Shown one piece after another: positions 26,409-37,502 of a DNA stretch of 64,000 bases. The first letter of the stretch is position 1. Each line of letters opens with the position of its first letter. Source of the DNA: Klebsiella phage ZCKP1; sequence record MH252123.1, one strand, 5' to 3'. The notes beneath the pieces are model-generated. The model saw only the letters and a program-made list of their open reading frames with translations. It was not told the origin of the DNA and ran no database searches. The translations under genes and the position numbers were made by a program.

Positions 26409-27419
26409 ATGGCAGAAAGAGAGTATACAAAAGCTCCTGCCCCTAATTTAAACAGGGCATACAAATTATTAATTGGTTCTGCCACAAATACAATACAGAA
26501 GAGAACTAAGAACTCGGCATTTAAATCTACAGTAGATTTGGATACCAAGTTAGGGACAACAGAAAAATCCTCTTCTAATTTGTATTTGTTGCAAGACCAT
26601 CAAATAACCTTCAGTATTAAGAAAGATAATAACAAAGATCCTAACCAAGCAGAGATTGTAGTTTATAACCTTTCGGATGATACTGTTAACTATATAAACC
26701 GTGGTATCCGAAATAACTTGGCTGTTGCTTTAGCGGTAGGATACGAAGGTGAAGAGTTGGTTATGATCTTCAAAGGAACTATCCAGTGGGTTAGTGATAC
26801 CTTTGACTCTGTAGACAGGAAAACTACTTTACACTGTTTGGATGGTGGTATTAACATTGCAGAAGCAAGAACAAGCCGCAGTTATCCAAAAGGAACTAAA
26901 ATCAAACGTGTTGTGACAGATTTGGTAAAGGATTTAGGGACTACAGAAGGTAATATACATGTAGACAATGACCAAACCCTGTCTTCAGCAACAGCTATGT
27001 GTGGGAACACTTCACATTACCTAGAACATATTTGTAAGAGTATTGATCACAATGTGTCAATACAAGACGGATCTGTTTATGTTACTCCACGTTCCCAAAT
27101 GTCTAGTGCACGTAGCGCCTACATTAGTCCTGAAACTGGTTTAATAGGAAGCCCAGAACCATTCCACAATGATATTAAACCTACTACAAAAGTTACCAAA
27201 TCCTCTAAGAAGGCAAAGAAACCTACAGATGGTGTTAAATTCAAATGCCAAATGAATGGTGCAATATTACCAGAAAAAACAATCTGGTTAAAAAGCCGAG
27301 ATTATGATGGTCCATTTAAAGTTGTTTCTGTTTCTCACAATGGTGATAAAGAGGGTAAAGAGTGGGTTACTGAAGTGGAGTGTGTATCCGTGTCTGAAAT
27401 AATGACTAAGGAGAAATAA
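26409..27419 (+). CDS. baseplate hub protein (P2 gpD / Mu gp44 position)
   Basis: 336 aa directly before V-like spike gene. Confidence 0.45.
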   Translation: MAEREYTKAPAPNLNRAYKLLIGSATNTIQKRTKNSAFKSTVDLDTKLGTTEKSSSNLYLLQDHQITFSIKKDNNKDPNQAEIVVYNLSDDTVNYINRGIRNNLAVALAVGYEGEELVMIFKGTIQWVSDTFDSVDRKTTLHCLDGGINIAEARTSRSYPKGTKIKRVVTDLVKDLGTTEGNIHVDNDQTLSSATAMCGNTSHYLEHICKSIDHNVSIQDGSVYVTPRSQMSSARSAYISPETGLIGSPEPFHNDIKPTTKVTKSSKKAKKPTDGVKFKCQMNGAILPEKTIWLKSRDYDGPFKVVSVSHNGDKEGKEWVTEVECVSVSEIMTKEK

Positions 27420-28153
27420 TGGATGCATTAAATTTTGTCACAGCAATGCGTGGCTTAATGACAGAACAATTAGCAGAAGTCCATACAGCCCTGCCAGTCC
27501 GTGTGACTGGCGTTAATTATGGTGCTAAAACTGTCACTTTAGAATCTATTGTTAAAAACACACGATCTAGTGAAGATGAAATAGATTACCCTACTTTTGA
27601 AGATGTTCCTTTTATGGTTAATGGGGGTGGGACAGGAAGAATCTCATTCCCTATTAAAGCTGGCGATTTAGGAACTGTTATATTTTCTGAAAGAGATCCT
27701 TCTAATGCACTGCAAACTAGTGGAGAAACCTCTTCATCATCCACTTTTATGCAGCCTTGTGGATTATACCCTATTTGTTTTATTCCCAAAATAGCTACAG
27801 GAACAGATTCAACAGAAGCTGTAGATTCTGAAAAGGTAGTTATTTCTAATAACAAAAACACGTACGCTTCTTTCGACCCTACAGGTAATATCTCAATATG
27901 GAATAGTCAAGGGATGAAAATAGATATTACTACCTCCGGTATTACTATTACAGATGGCACAGGGACTTTGGATCTAAAAGGTGGTAATTTAACTTTCAAA
28001 GGCGGCGTGGCAGATATCAATGGTCTTAAAATAGATCAGAACGGTTTGATGACAGATGGTAATGGCATCGGATTCCATACTCACACGCACACGGTTCGTA
28101 ACATTCAGAGCGGTAGCTCAAGTGCCGAGTCCTTAAAACCAACAGGAGCCTAA
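27419..28153 (+). CDS. baseplate spike (gpV-like)
   Basis: N-terminal ...VHTALPVRVTGVNYGAKTVTLE... OB-like gpV signature; C-terminal GIGFHTHTHTV. Confidence 0.55.
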   Translation: MDALNFVTAMRGLMTEQLAEVHTALPVRVTGVNYGAKTVTLESIVKNTRSSEDEIDYPTFEDVPFMVNGGGTGRISFPIKAGDLGTVIFSERDPSNALQTSGETSSSSTFMQPCGLYPICFIPKIATGTDSTEAVDSEKVVISNNKNTYASFDPTGNISIWNSQGMKIDITTSGITITDGTGTLDLKGGNLTFKGGVADINGLKIDQNGLMTDGNGIGFHTHTHTVRNIQSGSSSAESLKPTGA

Positions 28154-28154
28154 C

Positions 28155-28781
28155 ATGGGAATCCCTTTTGACTTAAAACTTGGGCCAAACAACGACCTCA
28201 TCATGGATGATGGGGATTTGGTCCTCACTACAACCAGAACAGAAATTGCAGCACAAACTCTTGGGATAACTCTGAACACGTATCGTGGGGAGTGGTTTTT
28301 AAATACTAACTTCGGTGTTCCTTACTTACAAGAGATTATTGGTGTTGCTAGAAAGAAAGATATTGTAGACAGAATATTTTTAGCAGAGATTGCCAAAAAC
28401 GTTTACATAGATACAATAAACAGTTATAAATCTGCTTATGACATGGACCAACGTTATTACTCAATGACAATTATGGTGACAGTTGGAGCAGATACAGTAA
28501 CATCTATATTCAATACTCAACCTTCTGAAGAGTTTATTTACCCTGAAGCTGGTGAAGACAATGCAGCGATCATTTGTGAAGCTTACAGTATTGTTGAGAA
28601 TTCGAATAGACTTTATCGCTTTATCAACTTTGTTGGTTTGCCACGTGATACCTACTCTACTTGGTGGAATGAATGGTCTACAGAGTCAGCAGTGGAAAGA
28701 ATCATGGTTAACGAAAAAGGTGATGCATTAGCTACAAACAATGACTTCGGTATAACAGCTATGACAGGAGTAGAAGAGTAA
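28155..28781 (+). CDS. baseplate wedge protein (gpW/gp25-like)
   Basis: DLKLGPNNDLIMDDGDLVLTT...AAQTLGITLNTYRGEWFLNTNFGVPY resembles GPW_gp25 signature. Confidence 0.5.
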   Translation: MGIPFDLKLGPNNDLIMDDGDLVLTTTRTEIAAQTLGITLNTYRGEWFLNTNFGVPYLQEIIGVARKKDIVDRIFLAEIAKNVYIDTINSYKSAYDMDQRYYSMTIMVTVGADTVTSIFNTQPSEEFIYPEAGEDNAAIICEAYSIVENSNRLYRFINFVGLPRDTYSTWWNEWSTESAVERIMVNEKGDALATNNDFGITAMTGVEE

Positions 28782-29254
28782 TGGCAGATTTAACTACGAT
28801 CAAAATTTCTGATCTTACACAAACAACCTCTGTATCTGATACAGATTTCTTTGTAACAGATCAGGCTGGAATAACAAAGAAAACTTCTTTGAAAGTACTG
28901 TTGAGTGGTGCAGGGGTAACTAGAAACCGTCTGAATGCACGGGGAACAGTAACTAGCACATTGGCATTAGACATTAGTTCAGCAGAATATTTTTCAGCAA
29001 CTTTATCTTCTGCAACGTGCACAATTAGTTTTACTAATATTCCAGTAGCAACAAATGCAGTTTTAAACTTTACTTTAGCTTTGCGTCAAGGAAGTGGTGC
29101 AAATAAAGTCGTATGGCCTTCTTCTGTAAAATGGAGTTTTGGTCGTTCCCCAGTTTTGAGTTATCGTCAAGGTGCAACAGACACTTTTGAGTTTATCAGT
29201 TATGATAATGGTGCAACTTGGACAGGTAGCTTAGTTTTAGCAGGAGTTATTTAA
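28781..29254 (+). CDS. hypothetical tail protein
   Basis: 157-aa ORF, start overlaps upstream stop. Confidence 0.4.
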   Translation: MADLTTIKISDLTQTTSVSDTDFFVTDQAGITKKTSLKVLLSGAGVTRNRLNARGTVTSTLALDISSAEYFSATLSSATCTISFTNIPVATNAVLNFTLALRQGSGANKVVWPSSVKWSFGRSPVLSYRQGATDTFEFISYDNGATWTGSLVLAGVI

Positions 29255-32130
29255 TGTCAAGAGTTAAGCACAATATTGACAACACGTTTCAGTTGATTGA
29301 AGGGTTGGTTCAGTTTTTGGAAAGAAATACTGGGCTTACCATAGATCCTACGGTTCAGCATTACATTATCAACCCACAAAACGTATTGGCGAACAACAGA
29401 CACTTTATTAACTGGACAGCGCAGGAAGGGCAACCAAACGGTGACGCTACTACCGAAGGTCAATCTGTGCTTATCACTGGTTTTGCTTATGCATATTTGG
29501 CTACAGGGGATAAAAAATATCTTGAATCTGCCGAGAAGTATTGGCAAGCCTATATAGATCACTTCTTCGGGGGCCAACCTATTCCTGATCCTCCGGCTAA
29601 ATATCGTCCCAACTGGATCATCAATGGTAAAGAACCACGTTTAGCACATTACCCTCTCACAGATGATGGGTATCCTACGCACGGTGGGTTCAAAGGTAGC
29701 ATGATGACTTGGATTAACGGAAGGACTGTTATTCCTAAAGGTGCACCACATTGGGGGGAATACTTAGATAAAGCTTGGTTTGCTTTCAATGGTAATCTTG
29801 GTTGGAACTCCGTTAACGCAACAGTTTATGCAATTAACCCAGACGGTTCAACCAACTGGAAAGAATATGGAGATCAGTGGGACGTTGAATGGATTATAGA
29901 TCGTCTAGGACGTAAAGTTGATTGGGATGGTAACATTTTATCTACAGGTCACAGCTTTGCAGAATATGGAACAGTGCAACTTAAAAATGCTTCTGTGAAC
30001 GGGGATTATAAATTCAACTATGCTACATGCAACCCTGTAGAACACGGTGGGTATCTACTTAAGCGTAATGAGATGTGGCATAACCGTCCTGTAAACGTTC
30101 CGGTAGAGTTAGGTTATCAAGATAATGCTTCCGATGCTGAAACGTGGTGGTGTGATGCAAACTACTTGATGTATCAGATTACAGGAGAGAGAAAATACTG
30201 GCTTTGCTGGCAATCTTCTTTATTGTTGTGTCAAGACTACTCAAACATCGATATGTTTGATAAATTCTTCCGTAGATCTACGTCAGCAATAATTCCTTTT
30301 ACAGATGGTATCTCTTATGATTACTCATACCCATCTACAGCAATACCTAAATATTCTCGTGACGAATTAGGATACACAGTAATTCGCCAAGATGTTTCAG
30401 CACAAACAACTCTAGAACAACAGGCAGTTTGGTTCAGAGTGGATCAGAATTCAAAACTGCGTATCGAGTTTCAAGGTGTAGATGATGCAGGGGAAGGTGT
30501 TCTTTTCCGTCCAGAGTTAGAATTAAGCAAGACTAAGAGTGAAACAGACACAGTGACATATCGTTGTGGCTTACCTCTTGGTGCAGCTAATATGACTAAG
30601 ATGGATATACCTTTATCTAGTTTTATGCGCACCGAACCTCCTGGAGGTGGTGTATATATTATTGCTGAACCTAGAATTATTGTTGACTGGGGAAGCAATA
30701 CTGTGATACAATATAAATATGCAACTGGTATTGCTGGGACAAATAGTGATCAGATAGTTTCTGCTAATATGGATTCAGATGGTGGTTTTACTGTTGGGTT
30801 TTGGTTAACACCGACTAAAACAGCCAATTTAAAATCTATTACGTATCGTTCATACGCAGATGATTTTAACATCACTATTACGGATTCCGCAGGTTGGAGA
30901 TGGTGGGCCATGTTAGAAAAAACAAATTCTGCATGGGTTACTAAAGCTTTAAGTCCTGCCGATTTCAAATTAAGCACTTGGCAACCTAATCACAATGACA
31001 CAGAGGCAAAACCTTCGTCAATAAACCTGACTGCTATTGATCAGATCAATATTGCATTGGATTCTGAACCTGCAAATGGCTTGACAGGGGCAATCGACTT
31101 TTATTGCGTTAACGATATCCCATCTTTGTATTCTTCAGCCACTGGTGATGATTACACAATGTATTTCAGGGTTACAGTTTCATCTGAAAATCCTTATACA
31201 GCAAAACTTGGAGATTGTACAATACTGGACTACAAACTTAACAGTTTGAATTATACTCCAGGAATCATTCCATTTTCCAATATCAGTGATCCTAACACAG
31301 CCTTATATGACGGTTGGCGTGGTATTCCTTACCCAGGTTATCAATACCCATCCTTATATTGTTTTAAAGGGAGAGATATTGATTGGGTTCGTATGAACAA
31401 CAGTATAGACTTTTTATATGATTCACAAATGTGGTTTTATAATAAGTTTGCCCCTGTAATGCCTGGGCCAATGGCACAAGCTTATGTTTGGGATCGTTGG
31501 GATGCTCATAAATATGGAAACAAAAATGAGTTCACAATGTATCATTGGAACGATAAAGCTTGGGATGGTTATGAAGCACGAGCATTCTTCTGTGCGTGTC
31601 ATACGGTATACGAACTAAAGCGACGAGGAGCCGAAGTTCCTGAAAAACTTTTAACAGTTTGTAAAAACTGGATCAACTACCTGAAGTGGTTCCAAGATAA
31701 CAACGAAGGAAGAACACCAACAATATTTTATCCCAACGGAGAAGTGGCTGCGCCTGTAGATGACTTTACAAGTCACATGTCTGCGCTCTTTATGGCGGGA
31801 TGTGCTATAATGGGGATGGCTGGATATGATTCAGAAATTCCTAACATTAAAATAGTAGCAGACCGCTGTTTTGAACTTATTCAGGAAAACTATATTGTTC
31901 TTGGTCCTAATCACGTTATGAATGGTTGTTGGAGTGCTGCCCCTAGACCAGACAGTGATAACGGAGTCTTCTTTGGCTTCCACGCCGGAGAGTTGTTACG
32001 TGGTTTTGGGTTGTATGCCTTATACAAAAAACTTAATCCCCAAAATGCATTACCTGTTTTGGATTCGAGCAATATTCCTGCACTTACTGTTTTGACAATG
32101 GCAAACATTAGTGTGGACGTTACCGAGTAA
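29254..32130 (+). CDS. large Trp-rich tail-associated protein (possible carbohydrate-active/depolymerase)
   Basis: 958 aa, many W/Y/N; placed between baseplate W-like and J-like genes. Confidence 0.4.
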   Translation: MSRVKHNIDNTFQLIEGLVQFLERNTGLTIDPTVQHYIINPQNVLANNRHFINWTAQEGQPNGDATTEGQSVLITGFAYAYLATGDKKYLESAEKYWQAYIDHFFGGQPIPDPPAKYRPNWIINGKEPRLAHYPLTDDGYPTHGGFKGSMMTWINGRTVIPKGAPHWGEYLDKAWFAFNGNLGWNSVNATVYAINPDGSTNWKEYGDQWDVEWIIDRLGRKVDWDGNILSTGHSFAEYGTVQLKNASVNGDYKFNYATCNPVEHGGYLLKRNEMWHNRPVNVPVELGYQDNASDAETWWCDANYLMYQITGERKYWLCWQSSLLLCQDYSNIDMFDKFFRRSTSAIIPFTDGISYDYSYPSTAIPKYSRDELGYTVIRQDVSAQTTLEQQAVWFRVDQNSKLRIEFQGVDDAGEGVLFRPELELSKTKSETDTVTYRCGLPLGAANMTKMDIPLSSFMRTEPPGGGVYIIAEPRIIVDWGSNTVIQYKYATGIAGTNSDQIVSANMDSDGGFTVGFWLTPTKTANLKSITYRSYADDFNITITDSAGWRWWAMLEKTNSAWVTKALSPADFKLSTWQPNHNDTEAKPSSINLTAIDQINIALDSEPANGLTGAIDFYCVNDIPSLYSSATGDDYTMYFRVTVSSENPYTAKLGDCTILDYKLNSLNYTPGIIPFSNISDPNTALYDGWRGIPYPGYQYPSLYCFKGRDIDWVRMNNSIDFLYDSQMWFYNKFAPVMPGPMAQAYVWDRWDAHKYGNKNEFTMYHWNDKAWDGYEARAFFCACHTVYELKRRGAEVPEKLLTVCKNWINYLKWFQDNNEGRTPTIFYPNGEVAAPVDDFTSHMSALFMAGCAIMGMAGYDSEIPNIKIVADRCFELIQENYIVLGPNHVMNGCWSAAPRPDSDNGVFFGFHAGELLRGFGLYALYKKLNPQNALPVLDSSNIPALTVLTMANISVDVTE

Positions 32131-32138
32131 GGGGTAAA

Positions 32139-34292
32139 ATGAAACAAGCTATATTTACTGTCACGCGAGACAAGAGAGTAAATGCGAGTTCATTTAACTA
32201 CACGACTGTTGATGGAACAGCAGTCGCTGGTAGAGATTATATTGCAAAATCGGGAACACTTGTGTTCCCTGATGATGCTGATTCTGCTACTATTGTGGTT
32301 GAAGTATTTGAACGACCAAAGAACTCAATAGATCTTAACTTCTCCCTCCAAGTTTCAGGGATTAGTCAAAATAACATGATGGTTGAAACAACCATCAATT
32401 GTATTATAACTACTATCCAAGAAAATACTACTCCAATAACTTGGACTACAAAAGACGTTAAAATGTTCTCTCCTATGTATTGGACAATAGATTCTCAAGC
32501 AACGGAAAGTTGTTCTATTGTATCTCATGGAGACTCTTTTACTGCAAGATTTGTAAACAGAACAACAGCAGGTTTGGCAGGGGTTATCTGGAGCACAGTT
32601 GACAAATATGACCATAAAGGTGTTGGGTATTTGCCTCACACAGATTTAAGTTCAGAGAAACTTTGGTTTAAAATGGAAATTAGTCAAAACATGCCAGGTT
32701 TTAAAGAAGAACCTTTGGTGCCGACTTTGACTGTAACTCTCCTGGATAAAAGTGTTCATTATGTCAGTTTAGGATTCTACGCTTCAGATATTTCAGAAGA
32801 TGGTAAAACAGCTACAATCAAGTTAGATTTTGGTAATATCTTTTCTGGCCCTAATAATGATATTCCTTTGGATATGAGTGCTGTAGATAATATTTTCTTC
32901 TCTTTGATTACAGCAAGGTATGAAGAAATAGAAGAGGTTGTACCTATTGACAGTCAAGAGGCTTGGTTTACTTTCACTCTTCTTGAACCTACCTCTGGTT
33001 ACAGTATGATGAAAGTCAGCAACCTTGTCCAGCCTGAACATGATATTCGCATGTGCACATCTTATGATGATATGTATAACCTGACTCCAGAGAGAGTTAT
33101 TTATAATACATATGCACTAGGTTATCGTGGGATGATTAACCATTACAATGGAATGTCTCACTATTATGAGTTCTCATGGAACGGAACATCTTGGGCTTTA
33201 AATAGATCTGTCTTCCTGAATCCAGCTACAGAAGCTTGGCTTAACAGTTTCCATTCTATAGCTAATGAAAATGGCTACACAATAATGAACTCTTTGAGTT
33301 TTGAGTTGATGAGCACAGTTTGTCCTGTAGAATGGGTCCAGCATGATTGGAACGATGCTCTTGCAGCAACAGGGTATGAACCTCCTAGTTATGTGTTGTC
33401 TCCAACTATTGACGAAGGTATGGAATATTTGCAAAATGTTATTAATAAAATAGCATCTATTTCGCAAGCTAATAATATTCCAGTTGTCATTCAAATTGGT
33501 GAGCCTTGGTGGTGGTATAATACAGCAAGTAAAATGCCTTGCATATATGATTACACTACCAAACTGGCATTCAACACAGAAACAGGTTTATTTGCACAAG
33601 ATGCAGGAACAATAGATAATTATAAAACAGGAACGCCGTTTGACGAATACTATGCATTTTTGTCTCGTAAACTAGGATTAAGAGTTACAAAGTTTGCAAC
33701 AGATACTAGAGCAACTTACCCAGGAGCCAAGGTAACATTGCTTCCGTTCTTACCGTCAATTATTGGCAACGGTTTGATGGAGAAAGTTAACTTTCCGTCT
33801 GATTACTACATTCCTGAAACTTTTGATTTTTACTGTTCAGAGTGTTACGACTGGCTTCTGGAAGGTAAAATGATGAAAGCATTCGATGCAATTACCATAC
33901 CACATGAAAAATTAGGTTTTGAATATTCTAATATTCACTATCTTTCGGGTTTTGTTCCAGATGCTACTCTTGCACCTTTGTATGGCTTCAGTCCTGAATC
34001 AAACTACCGCACGTATCTTTGGAAAATGATTATAGGTAATATAGTGTTGAACGCCAATAAGTTCAATGGGCTTACACAATATATATGGGCCTATCCTCAA
34101 ATAATGCATGATTCCATCACGGTAGTTAATTCTCAATCCCAAGTTTTCTATATGGGTAATGTGCCTTTGAATTGTTATTTACAGGATATCACTCTTAAAC
34201 AGGTAAATGTTGAGATTGCCACCATAAGTGGAATTACATTAGCCACTAAATCTGGAGAAGATTTAGTAACAACACAAAAATTTTATATATAG
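32139..34292 (+). CDS. large tail protein
   Basis: 717 aa ORF. Confidence 0.4.
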   Translation: MKQAIFTVTRDKRVNASSFNYTTVDGTAVAGRDYIAKSGTLVFPDDADSATIVVEVFERPKNSIDLNFSLQVSGISQNNMMVETTINCIITTIQENTTPITWTTKDVKMFSPMYWTIDSQATESCSIVSHGDSFTARFVNRTTAGLAGVIWSTVDKYDHKGVGYLPHTDLSSEKLWFKMEISQNMPGFKEEPLVPTLTVTLLDKSVHYVSLGFYASDISEDGKTATIKLDFGNIFSGPNNDIPLDMSAVDNIFFSLITARYEEIEEVVPIDSQEAWFTFTLLEPTSGYSMMKVSNLVQPEHDIRMCTSYDDMYNLTPERVIYNTYALGYRGMINHYNGMSHYYEFSWNGTSWALNRSVFLNPATEAWLNSFHSIANENGYTIMNSLSFELMSTVCPVEWVQHDWNDALAATGYEPPSYVLSPTIDEGMEYLQNVINKIASISQANNIPVVIQIGEPWWWYNTASKMPCIYDYTTKLAFNTETGLFAQDAGTIDNYKTGTPFDEYYAFLSRKLGLRVTKFATDTRATYPGAKVTLLPFLPSIIGNGLMEKVNFPSDYYIPETFDFYCSECYDWLLEGKMMKAFDAITIPHEKLGFEYSNIHYLSGFVPDATLAPLYGFSPESNYRTYLWKMIIGNIVLNANKFNGLTQYIWAYPQIMHDSITVVNSQSQVFYMGNVPLNCYLQDITLKQVNVEIATISGITLATKSGEDLVTTQKFYI

Positions 34293-34300
34293 GAGTAAAA

Positions 34301-36538
34301 ATGTCAACTACAATTACTAATTTACCCGAAACATCAAAAGTTAATGGTTCAGATTACCTGGTTTTAGATCAACCTGATAAAACTGTTAAAAGCACAGTTT
34401 CCAACTTTCTTACTGACACTGGGGTGGTTTTAGCCACCCAGTTGAAAGATACAGATGGAGCAGATTTAATACAATCCTCAAATGGTAATACTGTTCAGGA
34501 AGAGTTGAATAACAATCTTCTTAATGATCGTGAACAGTGGCGTCGTAGTCTTGCTGAAGCGGGGTTAACACTTGTTGATGGTAGCTTTGAGGATGGTGCT
34601 ACATTAAATAATAATACTGATGCTGTTTGGTATATTGCAGGTGGACAGTGCTATACATGGGGTGGTGCTTTCCCTAAAGCTGTTCCCGCTGACTCAACCC
34701 CTACATCAACCGGTGGTATTGGTCTGGGTGCGTGGGTTAGCGTTGGAGATGCAACGCTTAGGCGGGAGTTAGCGTCAATTACTGGTCAGTTACTCGTAGG
34801 TTCTGCACGCCATCTGGACGACCTGCGCGGTATATTTCCTGGGGTCAGCAGCAGAATAAAAACGCTGGGGGCACTGGCTGCATATGATGGCGGAGGAGAC
34901 ACTTGGGTATTTGACCCGTCAGATATGAGCAGTCTGGTATCCCTCTACCCTAAAATATTTATCGCACCAACAACAGACCCATCAGGGGCTTCTGGGGCAT
35001 GGAAACTAGCATGGAATATGAAAGGCATTAATGCCTCTGCATACGGGATAGGGTTGAGCAAATCTTACTCACATGACACTGAAGCCCTACAGCAACTTGG
35101 TGACTGGAATAAAGCGATTCAGTGGATAAACCTTCCATCAGAGATGTATATCACTGAACTTAACTATACAGAAAACCCAAAATTTTATGGAATTGCTGGC
35201 GCAAATAGCGACCTGTCAGATACGCGCGGGATGGGATCCCGTGAGCATGGTTCTATTATTTATGCCAGAGATGCTGATTCTTCTAATCCAGTTATACACA
35301 TACATGGCAACCCTGGAACTGATAGACTTGGTGGTGTAGATATTTGCTATGTTTCTGTAGTAAGTGTCGATTTGATAGAAAACAGAAATTTAACCATTAA
35401 ACCGGAATTAAACCAAAGAAGCACAAGAACAGCTGTATTCCTGGAATATATAGCCTCAAAAACAAACATACAAGGTCTTGGAATTTTCGGCTTTAAAAAG
35501 TGCCTGTATGGGAATGAGGTTTGGGATGGTTCAATCCGCGATTTGGCTATAAGCATCGGGTCTGATGAAAATGGAACCGAACCAGCCGTGTTTTTTGGTT
35601 CATATGGTTCAGACAATTCTAACAACTTGACTATAGACACATTCCGTATTGAGCACTGCCCATACTCCCTTGAGGTTGATTTTGTAGACCACGTAAGATT
35701 TGTTAATGGCAAGATTGAAACGTATAGAAAACCGGATGCTACACATCATGTTGTTAAAGTTGGCAGCAAGGCAGAGAGGTATCTATTCTCAGGTGTGATG
35801 TTTGTAACCAACCCAACTACAGAAACCCCTTATCTGTATGAGCAAGGCAAGCAGGGTACTTATTCATCTTGCTGGATGACAGTAGGGGGAATCGCTGGCA
35901 ATTATCCAGGTGTTCGTTGGATTTACAGGGACCCAACCGGAACATCAGTAGTCAAGTTTATGGGCATGACAATAAACGGCCCAATGCAAGCTGATGGTAC
36001 GGATCCTACTGCATATCCTATCTACCTTGCCAGTTATGACGAGTTTGGTGGAACCATTAACTGCTACGATTCTTTTACCGTTAATGGCTCGGTAGTTAAC
36101 CCATCATATCAGGGGTTGATTTGCATGAACACCGGGACAAAGATGGGTAAACTGCACATAAACACCAACAACATAACAAAAACAGCGGGGACTGTATTTT
36201 ATGCAAGAGGGGGTGATTATGACATTGGCAAGCCAACACTAGCCGGTGCACCACATAGTCTGCTTGCTGGCGTTAAGAATGATATCAGAAAAATGATAAC
36301 CTCTGCGTCTGATATAGAAATATACCGACGCGAGACTATTTTATTAAGTCCAGGGACAACATTGAACTCAATGACGGGATTTGAGGGGCAGGTTATCCGC
36401 GTTATGACATTTGGCACCGGATGCATAATAAAACATTCAGGTCGGATAAATAACTCATCAGGCACTGATATTTCAATGACAGCAAATACGGTTTACACAT
36501 ATATGATGCTGACCGGCACAACTGCAAAACAAATTTAA
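34301..36538 (+). CDS. tailspike protein (beta-helix type)
   Basis: N-terminal MSTTITNLPETSKVNGSDYLVLDQ; Gly/Asn-rich beta-helix-like body; C-terminal two thirds on higher-GC DNA. Confidence 0.5.
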   Translation: MSTTITNLPETSKVNGSDYLVLDQPDKTVKSTVSNFLTDTGVVLATQLKDTDGADLIQSSNGNTVQEELNNNLLNDREQWRRSLAEAGLTLVDGSFEDGATLNNNTDAVWYIAGGQCYTWGGAFPKAVPADSTPTSTGGIGLGAWVSVGDATLRRELASITGQLLVGSARHLDDLRGIFPGVSSRIKTLGALAAYDGGGDTWVFDPSDMSSLVSLYPKIFIAPTTDPSGASGAWKLAWNMKGINASAYGIGLSKSYSHDTEALQQLGDWNKAIQWINLPSEMYITELNYTENPKFYGIAGANSDLSDTRGMGSREHGSIIYARDADSSNPVIHIHGNPGTDRLGGVDICYVSVVSVDLIENRNLTIKPELNQRSTRTAVFLEYIASKTNIQGLGIFGFKKCLYGNEVWDGSIRDLAISIGSDENGTEPAVFFGSYGSDNSNNLTIDTFRIEHCPYSLEVDFVDHVRFVNGKIETYRKPDATHHVVKVGSKAERYLFSGVMFVTNPTTETPYLYEQGKQGTYSSCWMTVGGIAGNYPGVRWIYRDPTGTSVVKFMGMTINGPMQADGTDPTAYPIYLASYDEFGGTINCYDSFTVNGSVVNPSYQGLICMNTGTKMGKLHINTNNITKTAGTVFYARGGDYDIGKPTLAGAPHSLLAGVKNDIRKMITSASDIEIYRRETILLSPGTTLNSMTGFEGQVIRVMTFGTGCIIKHSGRINNSSGTDISMTANTVYTYMMLTGTTAKQI

Positions 36539-36549
36539 TGAGGTGAACT

Positions 36550-36840
36550 ATGTCATTTAAATTAGCAAAAACATTCACGGCCAATCTGACAACAGATACG
36601 GGTATGAATCTTGGACAAGAGCAGGTTACGGTAGATGTAACCTGTACCATCGCCATGATTACCATTACCCCTGACGGTACAGCCAGGGCTACTATTACGT
36701 CATCGGTAGGTGACGGCACGCCTGTCCAGACAGATATTTTTGAGTTCAGCTACTCAATGTCATCTGGTGTCGGTATATATGAACAAGCATTGGCAGAGAT
36801 ACTGGCGAGTGAGAAGTATACAGGGGCTGTTGCTGGATAA
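36550..36840 (+). CDS. hypothetical protein
   Basis: 96-aa ORF with RBS GAGGTG. Confidence 0.35.
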   Translation: MSFKLAKTFTANLTTDTGMNLGQEQVTVDVTCTIAMITITPDGTARATITSSVGDGTPVQTDIFEFSYSMSSGVGIYEQALAEILASEKYTGAVAG

Positions 36841-36857
36841 AAAAGGTGAGCGAGTCT

Positions 36858-37016
36858 ATGGGCGACCTTAGTACCCGACTTAAACGGGTAGAGGAGAGCA
36901 TCACTAAGTCTGAACCTACCATCGAAGAGTTCATTACCATTAAACATAAAGTTGCTGGTGCTGGAATTTTTGGCAAGTGGGCATGGGCTGTAGCAGGTGC
37001 AAATGGGCTTCATTAA
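36858..37016 (+). CDS. small hydrophobic-tailed ORF (not in the supplied track)
   Basis: AAGGTGA RBS 8 nt before ATG; 52 codons ending GAGIFGKWAWAVAGANGLH. Confidence 0.2.
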   Translation: MGDLSTRLKRVEESITKSEPTIEEFITIKHKVAGAGIFGKWAWAVAGANGLH

Positions 37017-37193
37017 GGTTCACACAAGCTATGTCCTGCAAGCGCATGTCATCGCCATGTGATAAAATGATGAAAACATATCGTAGCAGGGTTAATCTTG
37101 TCTTTAGTTACTATCGTACTAACTCAAAGTGTTGTCACTACCACTGCAAGCCCCTCCAAAGAGGGGCTTACTTAGAAAAACAAAGAGGTTGTT

Positions 37194-37502
37194 ATGAACG
37201 AAATGTTCTCCCAAGGTGGTAAAGGTTCAACCGGAATCTTAACCAATAAACAAGCAGTAGCCCGTCACTTTGGAGTTAAACAATCTGAGGTTGTTTACTT
37301 CTCAGTTGGTGTGGATTTGGGTGGGTATAAGGTTATCTATGACAAGGAGACGCAAAGGGCGTATTCCCTACCTGCTGATATTGCCCCAGGTACTACTGCC
37401 ATTAGTCTTAGTGCTGCTGTACTTGTGCATTCAGCGGGTTCTGTAGACCTTGGGGAATTAGCTGTATATCGTGATTTAAAAAGTAATGAGAACGCACCAT
37501 GA
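37194..37502 (+). CDS. hypothetical protein
   Basis: 102-aa ORF, RBS AGAGG. Confidence 0.4.
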   Translation: MNEMFSQGGKGSTGILTNKQAVARHFGVKQSEVVYFSVGVDLGGYKVIYDKETQRAYSLPADIAPGTTAISLSAAVLVHSAGSVDLGELAVYRDLKSNENAP

